A DNA stretch of 64,000 nt from Scyliorhinus canicula. Its lineage: Eukaryota. Each line of letters begins with the position of its first letter. Within the stretch, counting starts at the first letter, position 1. Shown piece after piece: positions 40,001 to 52,400 of the stretch. Under the pieces are notes generated by a model. That model saw nothing but the letters and a program-made list of their open reading frames with translations. It had not been told where the DNA came from and did not search any database. The stretch spans positions 199,603,764 to 199,667,763 of the forward strand of contig NC_052147.1 of the NCBI RefSeq assembly GCF_902713615.1. The letters are read 5' to 3'. A program made the position numbers and the translations under genes.

Positions 40001-40889
40001 GTCATGTTATATTTTCTCATTATTTTCATATTTTTACATTAATTACATTGGATTTGACTTACGTAATGATCCCAGTAACCGCATCTTTATGACATTATTG
40101 AAATCGACGCAATAAACACAGAATGAAAGCAGGTCATATTCACTTGTCACTAACATAAGCTTGCTTCAGATTGTCCCAAACGCACAAAAAATGTTCACAG
40201 CTGTTGGAAAAGTAACAAAATTTAGACATCTTTCTATTTCTCTCTGTTCCGTCGTCAAGGTGCCTGTAGCTTCATGGCACGTTCAGCTTATTGAGAGTGT
40301 GTCTTATAGTCCCATAGTGACCATGCCGCTCTGCTAATTTAACTTGAAATATTTTAAATAAATAGTACATTGGCTTGACACCCTTTATCAGCACAGTGAT
40401 AGTGTCATTGCACTTGTAAATATTTGAATAATGTACAGACAGTGGCGCCTTTATTACATTTCACCGAGTAACCGGCAGACAAACTGAATTGAGACAAAAG
40501 GTCTGCATTTCTCTATATTTCGATCTAAGTGATACACTAACAATACAGCGGAAACACAACGATTTACAGGTTGCACAACCAAAGAAAATGTTGAAGAATG
40601 CGTGCTTTATTTATGTATAAAACAAATATATTCTAATAATGGTGTCAAAGTTTTAGCGAAATACAACCAATGTGCTGACATCTGTTTAAATTCCGTTTAA
40701 TGTAACCAAATAGCAGCAAATCAGGGGGTCTCTACACAAATGTCAGTTGTTTAAACACAGGATTCTCCGGAGCAGTACAACACTAGGAAACATAGACCGT
40801 GCTTTGAATAAGCACCACTAGATAGACAAAACACTTTTTACACAGTCTGTAGGATTTTCAGATCTATCACTTCAAATACGGATGATCAC

Positions 40890-41131
40890 TTAAGGTTCTT
40901 CGTTATTTTTCACCTTGTTCATCTTTTTCATTTTCATTCTTCTGTTTTGAAACCAAATCTTTACCTGTCTCTCGGTAAGATTTAAAATTCTAGCAACTTC
41001 ATAACGCCGGTCTCTGGTGAGGTACATATTAAATAAAAACTCCTTTTCTAATTCAAGCGTCTGGTACTTGGTGTAAGGGCAGCGTTTCTTCCTGGTAGAG
41101 CGAGCGTGGATCCAATTTGCAGCAGGGTGAT
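40890..41131 (-). CDS. HOXD9: Homeobox protein Hox-D9, exon 2 (homeodomain); full protein 262 aa
   Basis: Manual translation: [85 protein letters not shown] fits D9. Acceptor ccttctAG. Confidence 0.96.
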
Positions 41132-41695
41132 CTAGAAGGAATGGAGGGGCGGGAAAAATAAAGAATTAAAATCTGAACATCTTCTGGATATTTTCCGCGG
41201 GATTTCAGACATCCTCAAGAATTTCCACAATCATAATACTATTAATCAAAGCTGCTGTTTTCTTTTCTCACTGGTCACTTGTCAAGTTCAGCGAGGTTTC
41301 ATGCATTAAGAAATTGAGACAGCGATTGATTTCAGTCTCTTTGGGATTGTTTTGAAATGGGTTGTTACAAAATGGGGGGGGGGGCGTCTTTGAAGGGAAG
41401 AATAGAAAGAATACAGTTTAAAATGTTGAAATGAGAAATATGTATTCCGCCTTGGGCTATCCGATAGTGCTGCACGCTGCTATGAGGAGGGATGCATCAA
41501 CGTTTTACAATCTTGTCACACAAATTTGTGTGTAAAAAAAATCCCTGTAAACAATATAAACTCTTTACAGCTGGCTGTGCGTTTTCAGACTTGGGGAGGC
41601 GTCTAGACATCTTTATAGGTTTGTAAAACCATCAGCGTTGCACACTCGGGTCTGCAGGTTCGGGTTGTAAATCAAGTTGCAATTTTTGCACTTAC

Positions 41696-42242
41696 TTGGG
41701 TCAAGTTGCTGCTGTTTCTCCTCCTTGCGCTCACTGTTGCTCGTCGTCTCGGAGCTGGTGCAGCCAATCTCCTTGGGAAGCTTCTCTGGATACGAGCCGC
41801 AAGCGAATTCTGGAAGGCTGAGGGGTTGCAGCTGAAAGGAAGAGCACTCAGCCGTCTTCCCTGATAAAGTTTCTGGCTTGATCCCGTAATGTCGGCCGTT
41901 GGGATGGAATCCGGGGAAGGAGACTGAACTGGAAAGTGGTTCCAGCCAGGAGCGCACGTACCTGCTGTCCCCAGCTGCAAGATGCGACTGGTGCATGTAA
42001 GGGTGATAGATCCCTGCCACGGCGGCAGAGGGCTGAGGATGAACAGCAGACCAGGGACTAGAAAATGCGGTTGACTTGGGGGTGAAACTGCAGGAAGAGA
42101 AATCGGAACTGTCTGCTACACCTGATGGTCTTGGAGCTGTGCTGTGTGATCCTTGAGCAAATCTAGCCGCGTATAAGTCCTCTGCCTCCTGGCCTATCAA
42201 AGAATCAACATAATAATTCTGTATAGTGCCACTGGTCGACAT
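41696..42242 (-). CDS. HOXD9: Homeobox protein Hox-D9, exon 1
   Basis: MSTSGTIQNYYVDSLIG...RYVRSWLEP...RHYGIKPE...QQQLDP. Donor CCAA|GTAAGT at 41695. Confidence 0.96.
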
Positions 42243-42339
42243 TTTAGGCTCTCTCGCTTTCATAGAAAAGGTTACACTGGAACGTGTATCTGATACCTTC
42301 ACTCAGAACAATCATAGTATTTTGCCGACTACAGTTGCA

Positions 42340-42400
42340 GCTATTGGTTGCGGGCCTCACGTGATTGTATTTACCAATACAGCGAGTAAATCAATCCGCT
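42340..42400 (-). promoter_or_regulatory. HoxD9 proximal promoter (E-box flanked by CCAAT boxes, Pbx/Hox-like site)
   Basis: attgg (42343), tcacgtga (42357), ccaat (42374) and gtaaatca (TGATTTAC on the minus strand). Confidence 0.65.
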
Positions 42401-45400
42401 TACCAGTCTGACCGCAACTGGGCCTGGCCCAGCTTTTAATGAGATAGATTTCTATTTTTAAAAAGCGCATTATCAATGCGCAAAGCAAAATCACTTGAGC
42501 AGGATTGTTGGAAACGTTTTGCTGGATACAAAGGAACAATGTCTCCAAGAGCGGTTAAACCAGCGCCCGGAGAAGCAGGGGACTATTTTCCCCGTAAGCT
42601 AATTAATGTCTGTCACTCATTTCATAATCAGTAGTGCGTAGTCCATGATCTATGTCAGGAGCAAATATCTGTTAGCTTTAGTGCAATAAAGCGGCAAGAA
42701 AACACCTTCGAGGTATGTTGGTGTTTTTATACTGTATATTCCCCTGTTTAGAAAAGAGCTTTTACAGACCATTGACTGGCTTCTCCCATAAAAAAGTAAA
42801 CGATACGCTGCAAAATGAGGAGTTTGAGCTATTTAAAAAACATTCTGGAGTACAGGAACTTGCAGAGTTTCTTTCCCACTCTTCGAATGTTCTTCGGCTA
42901 ATACTTACATTTGTTTTAAATATCACTGCATTTGAAGTAAAGGGTTCCTCGCCCCTTTATAGTCTGTACTCAGAAGCCACCATAAATGCTTTTATGTCTA
43001 TCAATAAAATTTTTATGAGGTGCATTTGATTATACATTAATGTGTCTTTAATAAAACAGGCCTCTTTTGGCATAGTAAAGTATGCTTAACCAAAACTGGA
43101 CGCCAAAAGGTTCCCACAAAGGTACAAGTATTCCAGCCTATAAATATGTTTCTCTCTCATCGCCTGTTAATAGCAATTCAGTGTACCATAGTCTACAAAA
43201 GGGGAGAATGTGTTCGCTGTTTGGAACACAAACCCATTACCCAGCTCCAATGCGGGTTTCAGTGCCCTCGCTAGTCGATACAATTGCAGTGAGTCTAAGG
43301 GTAAAGTTCGACAAGTTTGAGTTTTAAGAGATGATAACCATTAAAGATCTGCAGGGAAACTGCGTGCGTCTTCAGTGACCGTCCACCATGACACCAATCA
43401 GGCAAACCTCGTTTGTGATGAAGGAAATAAGTTTAATTCTACGTTTTAAAAAGAAAACTAGGCATTTTTACTTTGACTCTTTTTTTCGCATTGAACTTTT
43501 TTTTTGAATGCACAATAAGTGCGCAGCAATCTTGGCTTTCACCGTGACGAGTTTAGTCACTGAGTCCATCTCAGGGACGATTCAGATACACTACTTGTTA
43601 TTGAAAAATGCTTAATTCTTATCGGCTCATTTTCCTCACTTGTTTCTGAGCTGATACTTGCTATTTGTAATAGCTGCAAAATAAACCAGTAGGAAATCTC
43701 TTTCATATACCGTGTCGAATGTTCAAAATCTAAAGATAAGAAAGGCAAAGCATGAGGCACGTCAGTGACCGTTCAAGTCAACTTTGCTGCCGCATGGACC
43801 GTTATATATTACTGCCTCGCCTTACTGCACTCCAGTCGCTTTTTAAAAACAATTTACAATAATTAAAGGGGAAACTTTAATTTCTCTTTTCCAAATTCAG
43901 TTTCTCCTGATTTAAGATTACGCAAATAATAATTTTGCCGAATTTAGACAGCAGGCCACCGCACAGATTTAATTGGCTGATTTTCGCAAGACACCAGTCT
44001 TTGCTAAATTGAAAGAATAGAGTAACATTCCTTGCTAATGTTTTATGACATTTGCAAATTAAAAATACGGGTTTTTCCTTTCTTGGTTATGAATTACTTT
44101 AAAAATAAGAGATGATATCTATGCTGCAGTTAGGTGCTGCAATTGCTATAGCTAAACCAAAGAGTGGATTTCCGGTTAACATTATTTAAGAAAAGCGTAA
44201 AAAACATCACATTTCTGCAACATTCGTGTTTATAACATTTACTGCATTTCATATACGGAAATGTCGCCGGGAAGATCATTCGCTAGCTGCAATTTTACAG
44301 CACTTTAAGTAATACATTTTTTTTTACAGAATTAAAAATGGTTAAGATTGACTATCAACCGCTCCCCCACCCCTCAACAAATTAACTTAGAAAACGTACG
44401 TTGCAGTTTAAATGTCGGACAAACAGAGCACTAGTGATTAAAGATTATTTTCTTTGTAAATTCCCTGTGGTAATACGGAAAACACAAAAAAAAGTTTCTA
44501 ATATTTTAAGCGTGTACAAAATTCTGAGGCGAATCATCATTTTAACTGCAACTGTAATCAAGGATAAATAACTAATTTCACCCGCTAGTAACTTTAGCCC
44601 GGCTAATTGATATTAATTTAATTATTTTTCTCATTTGTACATACAAAGGGAGTGACTAAAACGAATTGGGAAGAGTGTTTTCTCCTCCGGACAAATCAAG
44701 AGAAAACAATTTCTATTTAGTATTTGTGGGATTGGTAAACAATCACTGCAGGATGTGCATTTTGCATTGTGTAAAAACAATGCTTTATTTCAAACTTGGA
44801 CTTGATTGAGCCGGTGGCTGAATTTAATTTGGTTTCATTTTTAGACGAGTTTTCTCAGTGACCTTGCACACTGTCATTTTAGATGTTTCATGTCTTTTCA
44901 CCTGTGTAAAGTCTTATAAATGTTTAATGTGATCACTTTCTAATCTTTGTGACACTAAGCTGTTATCGAAGGATTTTTGTAATTTTGATCAACAGTAAGT
45001 GTCAGTAATCCTTTTTGTTACTGTTGGATCCAGGTATTTTTGTCTACACTTATTCAGCCTGTTCCATATAATTAGAGGAAAAAACTAGTAATTCGGTATA
45101 TTTTGAAAAGACATACATCTGTAAATGTAAATGTCAGTTTGACTCCTTAAACATTTTATTAATTGATTAGCACCTTCTCCATTAAAAATAATGCACCAAA
45201 TGAAGCCAGTAAACGGCCGATCTTTTCGGTCCATTCTATACTGACAGCTCTTTAGATAGATTTTGTTTGCATCTATTAAACTTAGATTAAGTAATTTTAC
45301 CCTATTAATACCCCTGAAGAAATATTAGAAAACTATGCGAAATTCGTTATTTTGTGTGCTAAAAATATCAAAGACCTCATCGAGTTACTAAAATTATTTC

Positions 45401-45889
45401 CCCTTTGATTCTTGCCACGAGTGACATTTAGGAGATACAGCTGTGCATGCTAAATGAAAGGAGCACTGAATTCATGATGTCTGACCCTCACTCCAACCAA
45501 ATATTCTCAGTATTTCGGACTGGATAATAACAACACGTGAGCTTAACAATTGGCATTTGCATTGAATATTTGGGAAGTCGGAATTACTAGTCTTCTGCTT
45601 ATTAACACCAAGGATGCAATAAGAACAGTAGTTTTGATATCCCGGTTAAGGTCAAACCCAAATAATTGAGAACCGTACCGAAAGCCTTATTTTTCGTTAA
45701 TAAAGCAAGTTACTATTTACCCTATATATTTCTATCGCAAAAGTAAACGTTTTGATTCGAAATTCCAATTGTTACTTTAGACGCATCCCTTCTCTGTCCC
45801 TGCAGAAGATTGAATAAAAAGGAAAACTTCGGTTCCTATTAACACAAGTTACAGCTCCGGAAGCGACAAAGCAGAAATAAATATGGAAT

Positions 45890-46072
45890 AAACAGAGAAC
45901 ATGCTGGAACTGCTCAGCAGGTCAGGCAGCATCGGCGGAGAGAGAAACAGGTCGATCGACCTGACGGTTCAACTGTTTCTCTCTCCACAGAGGCTGCCTT
46001 GCATATTGAGCATTTTACAGCATTTTCCCTTTCTATTTCAGATCTCCCAGCGCCCGCACCATTTTGTTTTTC
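45890..46072. mobile_element. V-SINE/MER6-like palindromic repeat relic
   Basis: Left arm atgctggaactgctcagcaggtcaggcagcatcggcggagagagaaacag has a diverged inverted copy at ~45973-46035, followed by a tttcagat.tcca tail. Resembles the abundant chondrichthyan V-domain repeat (family assignment from memory). Confidence 0.75.
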
Positions 46073-47140
46073 AATAAGGAAATGTGCACATGTTTATTGG
46101 ACCATTTCCTTATATATGTCTTGTTTTTCCAAAAATAGAAGCCAAAGAACAATAATTTGATAAATAAATAGGAACGTTTACAAGTTTGGTGACTTGTATC
46201 AAGCTGAACGCACTGTCCGCTCTACTCGTCTTGTTTGTTTTCATTTGGACTAGAACTCATTTAACCATTTAGCGCTGGTCGGCTGAATGTTGCGGGAACG
46301 TAATGTTCTCAAGTATGAGGGAAGGAATTCGAATTCATCTCCACATTGCACCATTGCATTACATTTATTCAACCTTTAATGCATCGTGAGAAGTATTACG
46401 TTTGCTGTGGTTAAATCACTTTGCTGTACTGTCTACGAGTAATTGATCAATTTCGCCTGAGGCCGTTTGCGAAGGTTTCCCAAATTGTAAAATGGGTTGA
46501 AGAAATTGATATCTAATTTAGAGTTGATTGTTTATATCTATATTTATATATTTATATTTATATATATATACGTGCAACAGACACATGCATATAAATAGAC
46601 ATGAAAATGTGCATCACGACTGCATTACATACTTCAAATAATGGACCTAAGAACCTCTTCTACAGACCTGATTATTTTAACACTGTACTTTATATGGGCC
46701 ACTGTATAACTATGTTACAAACAATTCAAGCCGAGTGTTTCTAATGCGATGATTGTTCATGAGATTGTCACATTTGATTTGCAATTGCTAAATAAATGTA
46801 ATTTTGTTTCTGAATATAGTGATTTTTGTAAAACGTGATGTCCTGGTGTACGCTTGCCCCCCAAATAGCCCGAACAGCTGTCCCATGTAAAATTACCGAA
46901 GGCCTACTTACTAAACAAAGTAAATAATTTGTCCCGTATTAGATAGGACAATTTCCTAGAAAAAAAATCTTGCTAAGGTAAACGTGCTAATTTGTACTTT
47001 CAAACAACCATAACACTAAAATGGTTAAATCTGGATAATTGACAATATCCCAGAGTGGCCCAACAGCAGGGTTCAAATGTCCCCACTAAACTGCCACAGT
47101 ATCAAATGTGTTGGATGACGGGGGAATCCGTATCCCACGC

Positions 47141-47412
47141 TCATGAGAAGGTGAGGTTAGTGGTCAGTTCTCGGATTCGGGTTTCTCTATTCATTTTCTT
47201 CAGCTTCATCCTACGATTTTGAAACCAAATCTTGACTTGTCTGTCGGTCAGATTCACGCTCTTACTTATCTCTAGACGGCGCTCACGAGTCAGATACATA
47301 TTAAATAAAAATTCTTTCTCTAATTCCAGTGTTTGATATTTTGTATAAGGACATCTCTTCTTCCGTCCACTTTTTGCTGTTAGCCAGTTGCTTATCGGAG
47401 TTTTGAGCTTTT
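47141..47412 (-). CDS. HOXD10: Homeobox protein Hox-D10, exon 2 (homeodomain); full protein 336 aa
   Basis: Manual translation: [90 protein letters not shown]. The NLTFS C-terminus fits D10. Confidence 0.97.
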
Positions 47413-48369
47413 CTATCAGAAGTAAGAAACGAGAGATAAGATTTTAGCAAACACGTCCCCATAACAACCAAACTTCAAATCAGTCTCAGTGCGGTTATGC
47501 GCACAATTGGCATTTTAAGTTACACACAGTAACCTAATACATGCTCTTTATATTTTGCCAATTGTCAAGCAAATATACACATAAATTGGTGCAATTCAAA
47601 GCGAAAATCGCCGAATAGAGCAAGGAAGCTAAAACTATGATTTTAGAGATTGACAAATAGGATGATACAATATGCTATTTACTGCAATGCACATTTTGGG
47701 ATAGGTTTCTCAGTGAATTATAAAATATATGCCAAGCGATTTAAGGTGCACTGAAAACAAACAATTTGTTAACATTGGATGATTAGTGGGCAATGCTATT
47801 ACGTGTGAACAGAATTTAAAGCTGTGGGTTGCAATGCACCAACAGGATTTTCACCAATAGGTCATTTTTTTCAATTTCATAGCTTAAATTTACAGATTGT
47901 GAAATCCTGACAATACAAACGTATGTGGCCATGATAATAATTCCGGAGCTAAATCTTAGGCTATTAAACATACTACCGCTGCCTCTTACAGAGCAGGTTA
48001 ATTGGAATTTATGTGCTATGTGTGCTAGTAATATTTCATATTCTACCAATGGAACTTTTATCACTGCGTATAGTGAGCAATATGTTATATATCTAACAAA
48101 CTATTTAAGGGAAAGCGACGATTCTATCTACGACCAATACTTCCACACTCACTATTTCCAAGTCAGCAAATTATGCAAATAACCAATTTCCCTTCAAAAG
48201 ACCGAGTACAACTAGCTCGTGTTGTAGTGCTAAATATATTAATAATTACTTTGAATATGCTGCATGCCGTGCGTTGCACTAACCGATTCATATAGTATCT
48301 TAGGGTTCTCATTATCTAAAACATACAAACACCAAGGTGAAACTATCCATGTTATACATGTTATACTAT

Positions 48370-48422
48370 CCGTTTATCAGAATTATACATGCAGCAAGTG
48401 CTTTCCTCCTTTACGCTAGCAG
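48370..48422 (+). repeat. Exact 53-bp copy of HoxD10 exon-1 coding sequence (49056-49108) inside the HoxD10 intron
   Basis: ccgtttatcagaattatacatgcagcaagtgctttcctcctttacgctagcag occurs at both positions. Confidence 0.95.
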
Positions 48423-48676
48423 AAAAAATGGTTTGCCGGCCTTTACTACGTCATTAACAATTTCATGGAATTGTTGAGCACATTTTGTAAAATCTAATTG
48501 TCACAAAAGAAAACTGTCTTTTTATTCAAGGTTAATGCCGAGGTTGCATTTTCTTTGTACATTTAGTGAACAGAAATACACATAACCTGCCAAACATATG
48601 ACTGTGATAAAGTTACGCCGTGTTATGTAAGCTTTATGATGTTGCAATGTTCACATTAAATCTTTGAAATGCTCAC

Positions 48677-49415
48677 CTTTAGTCTCATTGTCCGATAGTT
48701 CCGAGCTAGATTCGGCTTCCTCAGCGGTTGCGCTGACCTCCACTAACCTCGGCTTTGGCTCAGGAGTTTCCACATATATACCCTTAGTGGGTTCCTGTGC
48801 GTCTGGCTTCTCGTTTATTTTCCTTTCCATTGTAGGCTGGCTGGATACCTGGAGTTTACTGATAAGCCCTAGATTTGACTGCGGCATTACATTTGCACTG
48901 ATTTCCCCAGCGTGATTATAGTCCAGGCTTTTCTCCAATGGATAAGCCTGACAGAGTCTGAAATATCCCGGGATGGGAATCTCAGGACTTTCAATGGAAC
49001 AGTTTTCTGTGATCAACCTGGGATAGGCGGGAATTGCGGTAGGAGTGAGTTTTGCCCGTTTATCAGAATTATACATGCAGCAAGTGCTTTCCTCCTTTAC
49101 GCTAGCAGGAAATGTGCACGTGGGCATCTGTGGAGTAACAGGTTGTTCAATTCGGCATGGTCTTGAAGGGTCAGCCCAGCCATCCACCTGAGATAAATAC
49201 GGATGAACGCTGATGCTCATATTTTGATGGCTAACCTCTCCTCGTTTAGTCATGGTCGGGAGCAGTCCACAGGTCTGCATTCCGTAAGTTCCCATATCCG
49301 TGCTCGATGGCATGTACATGGAGCTGGTTGAATAGAACCCGTCACCCCTGCAAGCACTAATCAGGGAATCGACTAAAAACGAGTTAGTAGCGGGAGAGCT
49401 GCTGGAACAGGACAT
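48677..49415 (-). CDS. HOXD10: Homeobox protein Hox-D10, exon 1
   Basis: MSCSSSSPATNSFLVDSLISACRGD...YGMQTCGLLP...VKEESTCCMY...IPGYFRLCQAY. Donor AAAG|GTGAG at 48676. Confidence 0.97.
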
Positions 49416-52400
49416 TTTGGAGAGTAATTTGAAGAAGGCAGATGATGTCCTTTGTAAGCCGACATCTCTAACAAAACATTCCCTGTGTAATTGTGGATGC
49501 CTCTGTACAACCACATGACTATTGAGCCAATGGAATTTGAAAATGGCCTTGAAGCACTACCTCCTGGCACATCACATGATCCACATTCGGTTGAATTTGA
49601 GCTTAACTGTGGACAACAGCGACACCTACAAATGCAATTCCAAAGTGGCGGTCGCTCCAGCGCATCGTAATCCCCACACAGACCCCGGTTCAAACCTTTC
49701 ATCATATTCATACTGCAGATCGTATAATCTCATCCCAGCCACCAGTCGTAAAATAATTCGCATTCTGTTTGTAAAACACAACCAGCATTTTTCTGATAGG
49801 ACAAAAAAATAGACTCGAAGAGGAATAAAAATCGCTGCAATTCCTGACCATGGGGGAGTAAAAGCGGAGTTATTGGTAGAAAATGTCGTCGAAATGAGAT
49901 GAGTGCGGAGCAGGTTTATGATCTGAATGTCTTGATAATTTCAGGGACCCCGGAGCAGCCAGGGGCATTTCATTGTATACATTCTACACAACTTGCCTAT
50001 TATCCGCATAACCAGCCGCATCATCCACTTTGTTTTGATATAAACCAAACATTTGATGAAATCTATGAATGGATTCAAAATGTTGCAGACTTATCAGCAT
50101 TCATTTGATACATGTCTTGCTGGGCGGAACTACGCTCTATTTAGCTGTGTAGAAGTATTTAATGCATAATAAAACCAATCTTCACGAGTAAAATTGATGA
50201 TTACGAGCCGCCATAACAGTGTTCACATTTGAATTATTGTAATCTTCCTCCCGCTCTGTCTTTACCATTACAATGGTTGGCGTGCAGACATACTGGTGTT
50301 AATATCACACGCTTCTATAACTTAACTGTATTCGAACATTTGCACAGACACCCTCCAAGATGTAAGACCCTGGATGAAGAAAAGAAGCAACTTGCGTTTC
50401 TTGCCATTACTTCCCCCCCCCCCCCCCCCCCCACAATTTAATAATCATTATTAGAGTTCAGAGTTTATTGCCCTATCCTAAAATTTCCACCTTAGCTTTG
50501 GAACTCTAACACATCTCACTGCAGATGGGTGGCTTCTCTGTTGACCATCAATAGAATCACTCTAGAAAAATAGGCCGGAAATGTATCCGCTCTCGTTGGC
50601 CGAAAAACAAGGGAAAGACACACAGCGGGTCTGTCTGCTTTCCAAGGCGACTGGCCGTGCTGACTGTTTTCGGGATTCAGCTGGGTTGATGGAGTTGCAA
50701 TCTCGTGTTGCCTCCGCGCACAGTCGATTTTTCGAACATCCCTAAATGGAGAAAATGTGCCAGTGAACAAGTCATGAACATGTCCGGTCATAGGGAGAAC
50801 CCTCGATGGTTCATGAAAATTCACTTTGTGAGCAGCACCGGCTATGGAGGAGCAATGTGACATTCACACAAAGCCAGCGAAAATTTACACTTAACAAGAA
50901 GAGCCGCGAAGGGGACAGTGTCAGGGTCAAGGCTGTCTTCATTTCTCTGTTTATTTTGCAATGTAAATGTAATCTTCAGAGTGTTTTCGGATTATGTGAA
51001 TATTAGTCTTGCACTAAATGTCTAAATTCCTACAAATGTTGAAAAGTAACAGGCATTAGATATAAGCACTAAATACTTGCGGGTGGTGGAAGTTATATTT
51101 ACAACTATTTTCGCAGATCGTTTGCGGCTGTTTATTCACGCATCATTATTTCGGATTTGCTAGAATTTGTAGTCCAAATCTTTACAATCAATGTTATGGG
51201 GGCCCTGCATTTTAAGATTTGCGTTTGATTTCTGCTGACACCGATTCAAATCCAGAACATAATTTCGTTCACAACACCTCGATACTGAGTAGCTTATCTC
51301 CGCCATTCCGAGGGAAACATACTTATCTGAAAGGTAGAGCATTTATATTTCTCCAAAATATATCGCAATCCTCTCCTTAACAGCCAACCCGGTATCAAGG
51401 CTTACAAAGGGCACTAGAATTGGGCCTTAAATGTTATTAAACTATGCTCTTTCCGTCTAAAACTATTTTGCCATGTTTTAAAAACGACCTTAAAGACGAG
51501 CGCTATGACATGGCAAGCAATGTGACCAACTGAGAACATCATACATTATTGATAAAGTTCAGATTAATTTATTCAGCGTCTTGTTTTAATTGAAAATGGG
51601 AGTAGGCATGCTTTGATGTAAAGTTAGTTAACCGGGCAAAGGAGAAAAGATTACTGTTCTTGGGCGTTTGAAATCCTGGCCACATTTATGTGTAACATGA
51701 GTGAATATGTGCAAAATACAGAAACAAGATTGATGCTACCTTCTATTCTTGACTCCTTTATTATTTCCTCCGTCAAATACCTCCATTAGCCGAGAAGCTT
51801 AATGCCCATTCAGCCTAAACCATGACTCCGTTTATATTCTAGTAAAATAAAACACAATACGCCAGTGCTGTTTTACTACTGATACGAGATACTATTCAAT
51901 AAACACGTGTAGATAGCAGGGCTATATCTGGAATAATATGATGCTTCAAGAACTTTTCGATGTAATAGACTGACCTCAATGATTTGTTTACAATAAGCAG
52001 TGAATCGTTGAATGAGAGTCAACAATGCGCTCCAGTCCACAGCGCTTCCCCATATTATAAACAATATTCATATTCACGGCAAGGTCACCCCCACAGTGAT
52101 TTTTCCTGTAAGCGATCAAAGCCAAATAAGCTGGCGGCAGTGTTTTTGCAAGTAGGCAGGCAAGAACCAGCGCTGCTCTATTTCCAGAACACAGATAGTT
52201 GCAGCCTTGAACGAGAGAATCCTCCGCGATTTTGAGGCCTGCACAGTACAAAACTGGTATTTATGTACAAATTGCGAGCTCAAAGTTAAACAGCCCTCAA
52301 AAGGTGAACGGCCTCGATGTTGGAATAGGCAATGCCGAGCTCAAACGTGTTTTAGTCAAGAAGAATTTGTTTTTCACTCAACGCAAGGCAATCCGTTGCT

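Noticed and set aside
41517-41532. 16-bp perfect palindrome cacacaaatttgtgtg in the HoxD9 intron
   Set aside because: About one palindrome of this length is expected by chance in 64 kb, and there is no other support.
42500-47000. Search for a mir-196 gene between HoxD10 and HoxD9
   Set aside because: No TAGGTAGTT-containing hairpin was seen on the Hox-sense strand, consistent with HoxD clusters lacking mir-196.
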